Shown piece after piece: positions 47,501 through 54,488 of a stretch of 64,000 nucleotides of DNA. Numbering within the stretch: position 1 is the stretch's first letter; every line of letters begins with the position of its first letter. The DNA comes from Thermoplasmatota archaeon (GTDB taxonomy: Archaea > Thermoplasmatota > E2 > JACPAO01 > JAHFTW01). The stretch is from NCBI GenBank assembly GCA_041601615.1, contig JBFIHX010000006.1:96001-160000 (forward strand), given 5' to 3'. A model generated the notes under the pieces. It saw nothing but the letters and a program-made list of their open reading frames with translations, did no database searches and had not been told where the DNA came from. A program made the translations under genes and the position numbers.

Positions 47501-47811
47501 GCATTCTCCATGGCTGCGGCCGCCACTGCGAAGGCACGAGCGCCAATCCAGGGTGGTGACGTTGATTCGAGTTGCTGCAAGTTTCGGGCAAGCCGGATCG
47601 AATCATTTCGGATTTCGTCGCCGCCTGGCCCAGCATATTGCTTCAGTAGAATGTGCGCCAATGTGATGGCATCTGCACTTGGTTCGGCCTCTACGGCTTC
47701 TTGGAACATCCGTGCTCGCTCCACTGGACTCGCTGGTTGAACGGCCGTCCCGAAGGCCGGAGTGATAGACAGCAGTATGGTTGCTAAGATGATCGTTGCG
47801 CCGAAATTCAT
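44581..47811 (-). CDS. Secreted Gly-rich solenoid-repeat protein (G-x-N-G-G...G-x-L-x-D-x-x-G-x-D-x-Y)
   Basis: Signal peptide MNFGATIILATILLSITPAFG, a helical N-domain, then roughly 18 tandem ~30-aa repeats. Confidence 0.88.
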   Translation of the reverse strand: MNFGATIILATILLSITPAFGTAVQPASPVERARMFQEAVEAEPSADAITLAHILLKQYAGPGGDEIRNDSIRLARNLQQLESTSPPWIGARAFAVAAAAMENAESTEALEVARARLPTIQNIAAEQGNGDLASAIRIVRLAEGQDQAPLVQTQLLPSQILLEWATLAGVLPSLADLEGLRALDRLEPALRQPLADVLLRYVELHQIALATFPDSVAAAWTTFLIDPSGVMPELPDLAALRDARLRLLDALAVLQQAPLSISASAACENVPKDPAPPLVPLFGIDVVGCDNDWRGVRFAIIDLGGDDQYRGDNILSLDLAGNDLYLNNAGGANGIAAVMGQEVRVLCLAMEKQTASKSALAYDARGDDRYMNTISSQTGLGVRSCGINGGAILGSGMLVDGDGTDQYSAQHRGVNGGTFGPGLGLLLDADDPETGAPGHELVRAHGSGHVYGVNGGAMLGGAAMLINTRGDTRYSPEDNFQGDLGLGMNGGAASCVPVNTATDTVEFLRTGNNPGSDPGCLNHAGADTRGFLYDGGGNDEYGSDGGGTNGGGFGRGATGLLIDAGGNDFYNAYGYSLENLGTQPNGEFRATTDGLTLGGNGGGDSNGVGALIDLGGIDHYETYRNGGNGGGSRFGVGLLIDTDDEDGATGTQSFLGQRRGINGGGFLGGLGFLISDGPTNDRYERLVHDHMVPSNFTVFPHRWGIHGGAYSGGHGFLYDGQGDDRYEGDGEGAAGGAYMEALDTFGPNVDAIGWVHGTSGFLYDAQGDDTYAAGQKGVHGGGYVEGVTFVPRFSAAPKGFLYDGQGFDQYTAGDRGVNGGGYQFGIGTLIDDGTERDEYRAGSHGTNGGGGFHGQGFLVDAGGNDLYEAGSEGVNGGGKGAGNGLLLDRSGNDVYNAQAQGSNGGAHMFGTGALLDLAGTDTYIATSQGANGGASAGEHCPQKGLLESTFPAAESFFAALYAPVPCDSAAQVGLLFDGGGNGDTYQDNEGGTGTDVSIYGKGNEPFTPYRQRMLQPVMDEGPCGAVALWSSLHDLCGVRWHHDPTGEMAPHVQTLQDTHAGLPAADALRFGFQVDQ

Positions 47812-47838
47812 GAGATACCAAATCGCCCATTGGTTGTT

Positions 47839-47850
47839 AATTATATAATT
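47839..47850 (-). promoter_or_regulatory. TATA box / 12-bp palindrome AATTATATAATT
   Basis: Perfect palindrome about 28 nt upstream of the ATG at 47811, within an AT-rich intergenic region. Confidence 0.55.
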
Positions 47851-47975
47851 GAATGCGTAGTTCATTGCACCTATTGGTAAAGCAAATGATATTGACTTTT
47901 CTGGAGTTTTGCAAACCCGTCCGCCCCTCTCGTTCCAACCCATCCTCTTATGGCCCGCCTACCGGTCGCGCCAGC

Positions 47976-48884
47976 ATGATCCTCGGCGGCCACAACAGCA
48001 TCGCCGGTGGCTTGCACAACGCAGCCATCGAAGCAGCCAGCATCGGCGGCGAGACCATGCAGATTTTCTGCAAATCGCAACGCCAGTGGCGCGCCAAGCC
48101 CATCGAGCAAGAAGCCGCAGATCTGTTCAAGGCAGAAGTGGCAAAGGCCGGCCTGGAACGAATCATGGTGCACGATTCGTACCTCATCAACATGGGGACC
48201 CCGGACGATGCCAAGCGCGAGAACGCCTACAATGCGTTTGCAGAAGAGTTGTCGCGTTGCGAAGCGATTGGCGCCGCGTACCTCAATTTCCACCCGGGAA
48301 GCCACACGCACCCCTCGAAGCCGATGCGCGACGACAAGGCAACCCGCGAGGCGGCCCTTGATCGAATCGCGGCTTGCATGACCCACGCCCTCGACGATTT
48401 TCCCGAGGGCAAAACCATGCTCGTCATTGAAAACGCCGCTGGACAAGGGACCAACGTTGGAAGCTCCTGGGCCGAAGTGGGCTACCTTGCAGACAAAGTG
48501 GGCAACGACAAGCGCGTCGGCATCTGCGTGGACACCCAGCACTCCTGGGCAAGTGGCTATGATTGGGTGGAGAACTACGATGGCGTCTGGGATGAATTCG
48601 AAAGCCAGGTTGGCCTCAAGCGACTCGTGGCGTTCCACCTCAACGACTCCAAGCAACCCCTGGGCGCCCGCGTTGATCGCCACGACAACATCCCCACCGG
48701 ATTCCTCGGAGAAGGGTTCTGGCAGACGCTGATGACGGACCAGCGATTTGCCGGCGCCGCAGGCTACCTCGAAACGCCTCTCGAAGACGGTGATGTGGGC
48801 ACCTACAAGCGCGAATTGGCGTACCTGCGGGCCCTGCGCGACGGCACAACCGCGATTTTGCCGGCGGCGCAAGCGACCTCATAG
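47976..48884 (+). CDS. nfo: Endonuclease IV (AP endonuclease)
   Basis: GGHNSIAGG, HDSYLINM, FHPGSH, IENAAGQG, CVDTQH, FHLNDSK, DRHDNI, LETP. Confidence 0.95.
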   Translation: MILGGHNSIAGGLHNAAIEAASIGGETMQIFCKSQRQWRAKPIEQEAADLFKAEVAKAGLERIMVHDSYLINMGTPDDAKRENAYNAFAEELSRCEAIGAAYLNFHPGSHTHPSKPMRDDKATREAALDRIAACMTHALDDFPEGKTMLVIENAAGQGTNVGSSWAEVGYLADKVGNDKRVGICVDTQHSWASGYDWVENYDGVWDEFESQVGLKRLVAFHLNDSKQPLGARVDRHDNIPTGFLGEGFWQTLMTDQRFAGAAGYLETPLEDGDVGTYKRELAYLRALRDGTTAILPAAQATS

Positions 48885-48939
48885 GCAGGCCTCGGCCCGA
48901 AGCATGGTCAACAAGTAGGGTCATGCCCTAAGGGAAGCC

Positions 48940-49155
48940 ATGTCTCGAATCGTGTTGCACGATGCACATGCGCCTTTCCGCATCCCCTCCTCCGACTTGG
49001 AAGGCAAGGACTTGTACTTGTGCGCCTGCGGATTGAGCCAAAATAAGCCGTACTGCGACAGCAGCCACAAGGTGACGCTGGATGAGGAGGACGGCAAAGT
49101 GTACCGGTACGCGGGCGACACGCGAGACGGCGCTCGCACGACCCTCGAATCCTAG
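48940..49155 (+). CDS. CDGSH iron-sulfur domain protein
   Basis: LCACGLSQNKPYCDSSH matches C-x-C-x2-S-x3-P-x-C-D-x-S-H. Confidence 0.92.
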   Translation: MSRIVLHDAHAPFRIPSSDLEGKDLYLCACGLSQNKPYCDSSHKVTLDEEDGKVYRYAGDTRDGARTTLES

Positions 49156-49170
49156 TGTTCCCGTGCTTGC

Positions 49171-49797
49171 TTACGAAGCGAGGACTTCGGCAAACGCGAG
49201 TTTGCCTTGTAGGCGCGTAATGCGGACCTTGGTGGTGGTGCCAACTGGGGTCTTGGGCACGATGATGGTGTAGCCTTCCATCTCCACCATGCCTTCGCCG
49301 CGAGGACCAACCTTTTCGACAGTCACTTCGATGGTGCCGCCTTCTCGCACCTGAGCACCAGCTTCGGCGCGGCGCTGACCCTTGCGGGCCTTGACGGGCT
49401 GGTGGGCACCGCAGGCTTCGCACTGAAGCATCTGCACGCGGTCTTGGCGGGTGAGCTTGGTGTCCGGGCTGCCGCATTCGCTGCACTGGACGAACGTTGC
49501 CACGTAGTCGTCGAGGCGGCTTGTGATTTGGTTCATGCCGACGCGGCCAGTAAAGATGAGGCGGTCGCCGTCCATTTGACCGGCAGTGGCCAATGTTTGT
49601 AGGAGGTATTTGCCGAGGTGGTTCTCGTCGCGGCGCACGGCATTGACAAGATCGCGGAAGTTGCGCAGGATCGTGAAGCGTCCTTCCTTGATGACTTCGG
49701 CGGGAGGAAGGGACCACCGCTCGCGGTTGCCCAGGTTCTCCGGCAGGGCGGCGCGGGCCTTCCCGAGGAGCGCCTGGTATTCTTCGAGTGTGCTCAT
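49171..49797 (-). CDS. eif2b: Translation initiation factor aIF-2 beta subunit with C-terminal TRAM domain
   Basis: From MSTLEEYQALL: TILRNF, CSECGSPDT...CEACGA zinc ribbon, VGPRGEG...GYTIIVP (TRAM). Confidence 0.93.
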   Translation of the reverse strand: MSTLEEYQALLGKARAALPENLGNRERWSLPPAEVIKEGRFTILRNFRDLVNAVRRDENHLGKYLLQTLATAGQMDGDRLIFTGRVGMNQITSRLDDYVATFVQCSECGSPDTKLTRQDRVQMLQCEACGAHQPVKARKGQRRAEAGAQVREGGTIEVTVEKVGPRGEGMVEMEGYTIIVPKTPVGTTTKVRITRLQGKLAFAEVLAS

Positions 49798-49972
49798 GAT
49801 GCCGCGCAGGATGGCTTCGTATTTGAGCGGCGGTGTAACGGCTGGCGCAGAATCGGCGGCTTGGCCATTGTTGCAGCGTGGTGCCGAAAACGAGGCTGCG
49901 CGGGTCCCGCTCTTGCGCACAAAGCGCGGCGCGTCTGATAGCTCGGCCGGCATTCTTGGGGCGCGTTGCGCC

Positions 49973-50662
49973 TCACGGCGGCGGTTGTTCGCTCGCTGCA
50001 TCCTTGCGATAGTCCCACGTGGCTCGGGGGACGTTCCAATCCTCGCCGTAGTGCGCCGCAAGGAACGCCTCGGGCAGATGGGGGACAAGGGTGTCGATGC
50101 CGTGCACCTGCATTGGACACAACGGAGCGATGAGATCAGCGGCAAAGGAGTAGGTGTGCTGACGAGTGCCCTCGTCGGAGTAAGCACGGGCGACGAAATG
50201 GTCGGGTATCGCATCAGGCCTGGCACGGTACCGGAACACGTCCAACGCTACACCGCCGAAGCGGTCCGAGCGGACTTGCAATTCGTCGTCCGCAAACCAA
50301 CGAATCGTCCAGCCCTTCCGCGCCAAATCTGTCGCCAACTCCGAGGCGCAGGGCCAATCCTCGTCGAGAAGCCCGAGATCAATGTCGTCGTCGTGCCGAA
50401 TAAAACCGGTTTCGCGCACCCACCCAAGAAGCGTTCCGTAGGTCACAAACAAAGGCACCTCGGCTTTACGCCCCACCTCTAGCACTTCCGCGAGGATCTG
50501 GCCGCCAAAGCGGTGCAGCAGCCAGGGGCCGTTGCGTGCGGGAGAAAGGGGAGCTCGAAGGGCAACAAGGAGTCGATCCGCAAGCCGGGGGGTGCGTGCG
50601 GCAACTCGAAGATGCCGGCGAAAACCCTGCCATCGCCATCGTGCACCAGAGAGCCACTCCAC
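49973..50662 (-). CDS. LicD/fukutin-family phosphotransferase
   Basis: YGTLLGWVRETGFIRHDDDIDLG, LDVF, FLAAHYGEDWNVP. Start uncertain. Confidence 0.85.
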   Translation of the reverse strand: MEWLSGARWRWQGFRRHLRVAARTPRLADRLLVALRAPLSPARNGPWLLHRFGGQILAEVLEVGRKAEVPLFVTYGTLLGWVRETGFIRHDDDIDLGLLDEDWPCASELATDLARKGWTIRWFADDELQVRSDRFGGVALDVFRYRARPDAIPDHFVARAYSDEGTRQHTYSFAADLIAPLCPMQVHGIDTLVPHLPEAFLAAHYGEDWNVPRATWDYRKDAASEQPPP

Positions 50663-50764
50663 ACGGGCAGCACAGGACGAGGAGACTTGTGCTTTGGCAT
50701 GAGCCGTGCTGCTCGCGGATGATGGGTACACAACGGTCTTCATGAAAGGCCCGATGCAACGAGC

Positions 50765-51763
50765 GTGCACACCGTCGTCCTGGCCACGTTGGACCGCGCC
50801 GACGATGTTCAAAGACTTCTTGCTTGCCTTGAGAGCCAGACTAGGCGCCCCGACCGCATCGTGGTCTGCGACGACACCGGCGATGATTCCGTGCGGCGAT
50901 TGCTGGACGATTGCACCATCGAGCACCGCTACGAGCGCAACTCCACTCGGCCAAGCCTGACGCGCAGCCGCAACCTAGCCATCCCGCACCTGTTGCCCGG
51001 CATTGTGACGTTTCTGGACTCCGACATCATCCTGGAACCGGATTATCTGGAGCGCATCTTCGCCGCATTGGAAGCGCGACCCGACGCCATCGGCGCCATG
51101 GGCTGGGTGACGGACTTTCCTCGCGGCGGCGCCATCAAAGACGCCCTCACCGCCCCCTTTTTGCTCACCCGGGCCACTCGATCGACCATTCGCCTGCGCT
51201 TCCCGCTGCGCATTCATTACCCCCGCACCGAGCCCCCCGCCCAGGACACCAATTGGCTGTACGGCTGCAACATGACGTTCCGATCCGAGGTCTTCGAGCA
51301 GCACCGATTCAACGACCGAATGGAGCGTTATTCCTACGCCGAGGACCTGGAAATGAGCACCCGCGTGCGCAAGACCACCGGCCGCCCCTACCTCGTGGTG
51401 CCAGAGGCGCACTTGCACCACCACCGCAACGACGAGGGCCGCATGGTGCCCCTGGACATCTACCGCATGCGCATGGTGCACCGACACATCATCGTGCACC
51501 ACCTTCACCGACCCGGTCCCTTCGGCTCCCTCTTGACTTGGTACAGTGACTTGGGACAACTGGCGTTCTATTCGTACATGGCACCGAGCCATACCTTAGC
51601 CCACGTGCGAGCTTTCGTGCAGGTTGCAAGAACACTGCGCAAGCGTCGAGCGGACGTTCGCGCCGGCAATTTTGCCGCCTTCAACGACTTGTACGGATTT
51701 TGGACCCGCGATGCCCAAGCTGCGGCCGACTCCAATGCAAGTTCGGCACCCGACAAATCCTAA
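50765..51763 (+). CDS. Glycosyltransferase family 2
   Basis: VVLATLDR, IVVCDD, RSRN, FLDSD (DxD), GCNMTFR, AEDLE. Confidence 0.9.
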   Translation: MHTVVLATLDRADDVQRLLACLESQTRRPDRIVVCDDTGDDSVRRLLDDCTIEHRYERNSTRPSLTRSRNLAIPHLLPGIVTFLDSDIILEPDYLERIFAALEARPDAIGAMGWVTDFPRGGAIKDALTAPFLLTRATRSTIRLRFPLRIHYPRTEPPAQDTNWLYGCNMTFRSEVFEQHRFNDRMERYSYAEDLEMSTRVRKTTGRPYLVVPEAHLHHHRNDEGRMVPLDIYRMRMVHRHIIVHHLHRPGPFGSLLTWYSDLGQLAFYSYMAPSHTLAHVRAFVQVARTLRKRRADVRAGNFAAFNDLYGFWTRDAQAAADSNASSAPDKS

Positions 51764-51784
51764 TCCCCATTGCTCGGCGCTTGA

Positions 51785-52693
51785 TCAGTGGTAGTCTCGT
51801 TGCAGGATGCGAGCCGCGTCTCCTTCCGGCTCCTGGTGGCGCACGCGGAAGACAATCACCTTCTCCAGATTCAACACCAAGTGCATCACAAGAAACAGCA
51901 CCAGGGTCGCATGAAATTGCGCCACCACGATGCCGACGACGCCGATGAGTAGCAGCCAGTCGCGGTTGAAGACGAAGGGGATTCCAGGTCGGCGCGTGAG
52001 CTTTGATGGCGCCAGCGACATTCCCGGCAATCGCTGTGTTTCGAGAAGATGCGAACGCAGGTACAGCACGTCGTTGTAGAGCGTCAGCACACGCCAAGAC
52101 ATCATCGCGCCGGCCGTGAGCGCGCCCACAAGCAACAACCCATCGGGCCCCAGCGCCACAGCGTCCGCAGGCATCCAACTGGGAGCGCCACGAACGGGAC
52201 CAGCAAGCACCAATGCCGCAACGAGTCCGATTTCTACCACGCGGTCAATGACGAAATCCAGGTACATGCCCCAGGTGCTGCCCTTGCCGGTGCGCCGGGC
52301 CACCTGGCCGTCGGCGTGATCCAAGAGGAGCCCAAAGTGCACAAGGGCAGCGCCGCCCACGACCCAACTCCATCGGGGCGACGTGGCAACCAACCACAAC
52401 CCCGCCACAGAGGTCAGCAGCGACAGCAGCGACACAAGGTTGGGCGTGAAGCCCATGCTCGCAAGCACCGCCGAGAGCGGCCGCGCACAGAACGAATTGA
52501 ACGTGCTGATCGGATACAAACGCCGCTGGGCGCTGTCCGCGTAACGAGCCTTCTCAGCGGGCACAAGGGCACGAAAGCAGCGCCTGGTCCTAAGCTGCTT
52601 GATTGGAAGCGAGGCTAGGAAGGAGGGGTTGGAGGGTGCTAAGATGCGGTGGTGCGGGGCACTACCGGAAGATTCTGCGCCTTGCAAGGCCAA
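51785..52693 (-). CDS. CDP-alcohol phosphatidyltransferase family protein
   Basis: TPNLVS and DHADGQVARRTGKGSTWGMYLDFVID match the signature D-x2-D-G-x2-A-R-x8-G-x3-D-x3-D. Start uncertain and probably downstream of 52693. Confidence 0.88.
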   Translation of the reverse strand: MALQGAESSGSAPHHRILAPSNPSFLASLPIKQLRTRRCFRALVPAEKARYADSAQRRLYPISTFNSFCARPLSAVLASMGFTPNLVSLLSLLTSVAGLWLVATSPRWSWVVGGAALVHFGLLLDHADGQVARRTGKGSTWGMYLDFVIDRVVEIGLVAALVLAGPVRGAPSWMPADAVALGPDGLLLVGALTAGAMMSWRVLTLYNDVLYLRSHLLETQRLPGMSLAPSKLTRRPGIPFVFNRDWLLLIGVVGIVVAQFHATLVLFLVMHLVLNLEKVIVFRVRHQEPEGDAARILQRDYH

Positions 52694-52725
52694 GCAAGCT
52701 TGGCCTCGAGTGAAGAGGAATTTCC

Positions 52726-54018
52726 CTACGGGAAGATGCCTCTCTTTTTAATCGCGTCCGCCACGCGCTTCACGGCGAGCATGTAGGCGGCTTGGCGCGT
52801 GGTCAAGGGCTGGTCGTGGTCGCCATCCTTGTCCTTCTCGCGCTCCCAAATGTCGTGCACCTGATGGAACGCCTTGGTCATGATGCGGTCGAGGCGCTCG
52901 TTGACCTCGTCCTCGGTCCAGAAGAACGAATTCAAGCCCTGCACCCACTCGAAGTAGCTGACCGTGACACCGCCAGCATTGCAGAGCACATCGGGAATGA
53001 CGTAGACGCCCTTGTCGCGCAGAATCTTGTCCGCCAGCGGCGTCGTTGGGCCGTTGGCGCCCTCGGCGAGGATCTTGCACTTGAGTTTCGTCGCGTTGTC
53101 CTGGTGGATGACGCCCTCCAGAGCTGCGGGAATCAAGATGTCCACGGGCAATTCGAGCAGATCCTTGTTGTGGATCGTCGTGGCGCCCGCGAATCCCATG
53201 ACGGTGCCGGTGCTCTTGACGTGCTTCATGAGCTTCTGGACATCGAGGCCCGTGGGGTCGTGGATGGCGCCGTTGACGTCGCTTACGGCGACCACGGTGC
53301 AGCCCATGTCGGACAAGAGTGGCGCGCAGTTGCCGCCGACGTTGCCGAAGCCTTGGATGGCGACTGTGGCGCCCTGTAGGTCGAGTCCGATGACGTTGGA
53401 AGCCTCGCGGATGCAGTACGTAATGCCGCGGCTCGTGGCCTTTTCGCGGCCTTCGCTGCCGCCGATGTCGATGGGCTTGCCGGTGACACAACTTGGGACG
53501 GCGTGGCCGACGTTCATGCTGTAGGTGTCCATGAACCACGCCATGGTCTGGGCGTTGGTGTTGACATCGGGGGCGGGAATGTCCACTTGGGGTCCGATGA
53601 TGGGTTGAATTTCGCTGAAGTAACGCCGGGACATGCGTTCCAGTTCCGTGTGCGTCAATTCGCGGGGGTCGACGATGACACCGCCCTTGCCGCCGCCGTA
53701 GGGGATGCCGACGATGGCACATTTCCAAGTCATCCACATGGCGAGCGCCTTGACTTCGTCGAGGCTGACGTTTTGGTGGAACCGCACGCCGCCTTTCGCG
53801 GGACCGCGGGCCATGCTGTGCTGGACGCGGTAGCCGGTGAAGGTTTGGATGGTGCCGTTGTCCATGCGCACCGGCAGGGACACCTCAAGAGATCGCATTG
53901 GGACTTTGAGGACCTCGTGGATGTTGGGGTCCAGTTTCATCCGCTTGGCGACGTGACGCAACTGTACGAGGGCCATCTCGTAGGGGTTCATCTGCGTCGG
54001 TGCTTCATCGTCGGGCAT
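52726..54018 (-). CDS. gdhA: Glu/Leu/Phe/Val dehydrogenase (glutamate dehydrogenase)
   Basis: RGPAKGGVRF, MTWK, GGGKGG, DIPAPDV, TGKP..GGS.GR..AT, QGFGNVG, EGANGP, NAGGVTVSYFEW. Confidence 0.95.
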   Translation of the reverse strand: MPDDEAPTQMNPYEMALVQLRHVAKRMKLDPNIHEVLKVPMRSLEVSLPVRMDNGTIQTFTGYRVQHSMARGPAKGGVRFHQNVSLDEVKALAMWMTWKCAIVGIPYGGGKGGVIVDPRELTHTELERMSRRYFSEIQPIIGPQVDIPAPDVNTNAQTMAWFMDTYSMNVGHAVPSCVTGKPIDIGGSEGREKATSRGITYCIREASNVIGLDLQGATVAIQGFGNVGGNCAPLLSDMGCTVVAVSDVNGAIHDPTGLDVQKLMKHVKSTGTVMGFAGATTIHNKDLLELPVDILIPAALEGVIHQDNATKLKCKILAEGANGPTTPLADKILRDKGVYVIPDVLCNAGGVTVSYFEWVQGLNSFFWTEDEVNERLDRIMTKAFHQVHDIWEREKDKDGDHDQPLTTRQAAYMLAVKRVADAIKKRGIFP

Positions 54019-54046
54019 GGGGACGGGCGCCCGCGATGGGGTGCCC

Positions 54047-54054
54047 CTATAAAT
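54047..54054. promoter_or_regulatory. Single TATA element between divergent gdhA and mini-LemA genes
   Basis: CTATAAAT lies about 26-30 nt from both starts (54018 minus, 54080 plus). Confidence 0.5.
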
Positions 54055-54079
54055 CCGCGCCCCGGGGTGACGGTCCACC

Positions 54080-54307
54080 GTGTTGGAGGTCGATCCGTCG
54101 TCGTGGAGCCTTTGGACGTACTGGTTGTACGGCTTCGCCCTGTACTGCGCCGGCGGCTTTGTGTTGTTCTGGTTCCGGTTCGCGGCGCTGGAGCGTGCAG
54201 CGGACACGGGCAGCCCGGAGGCGGTGCGGCGGTTCAACGACGCATTGCACGGGTTTCCGAATGTGGTCTACGCGAAGATGCTGGGAAAGCGACGCCTGGA
54301 ACCCTAA
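54080..54307 (+). CDS. Small single-TM protein with LemA-like C-terminal motif
   Basis: Aromatic TM followed by VRRFNDALHGFPNVVYAKMLG, compare LemA V..YN..I..FP....A...G. Confidence 0.6.
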   Translation: MLEVDPSSWSLWTYWLYGFALYCAGGFVLFWFRFAALERAADTGSPEAVRRFNDALHGFPNVVYAKMLGKRRLEP

Positions 54308-54488
54308 AGCGGGCAACGGGCGCGAGGGTGGCCTTGACTACCAGTAATAGTAATCGTGGGTGTCCGTTGTTGCGTGTGGCGCTGTATTCGTCATCAACTG
54401 GGAATGCTGATTGGCGAGTATAAGAGCGTTTTGGTTGTTCCCTGCAATGGTGCAAGAGGAATAGTGGCCTTTGGGACTTTTGGGCGTT

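Noticed and set aside
54310-54488. AT-richer intergenic between mini-LemA and leuS
   Set aside because: No convincing ORF, repeat or structure.
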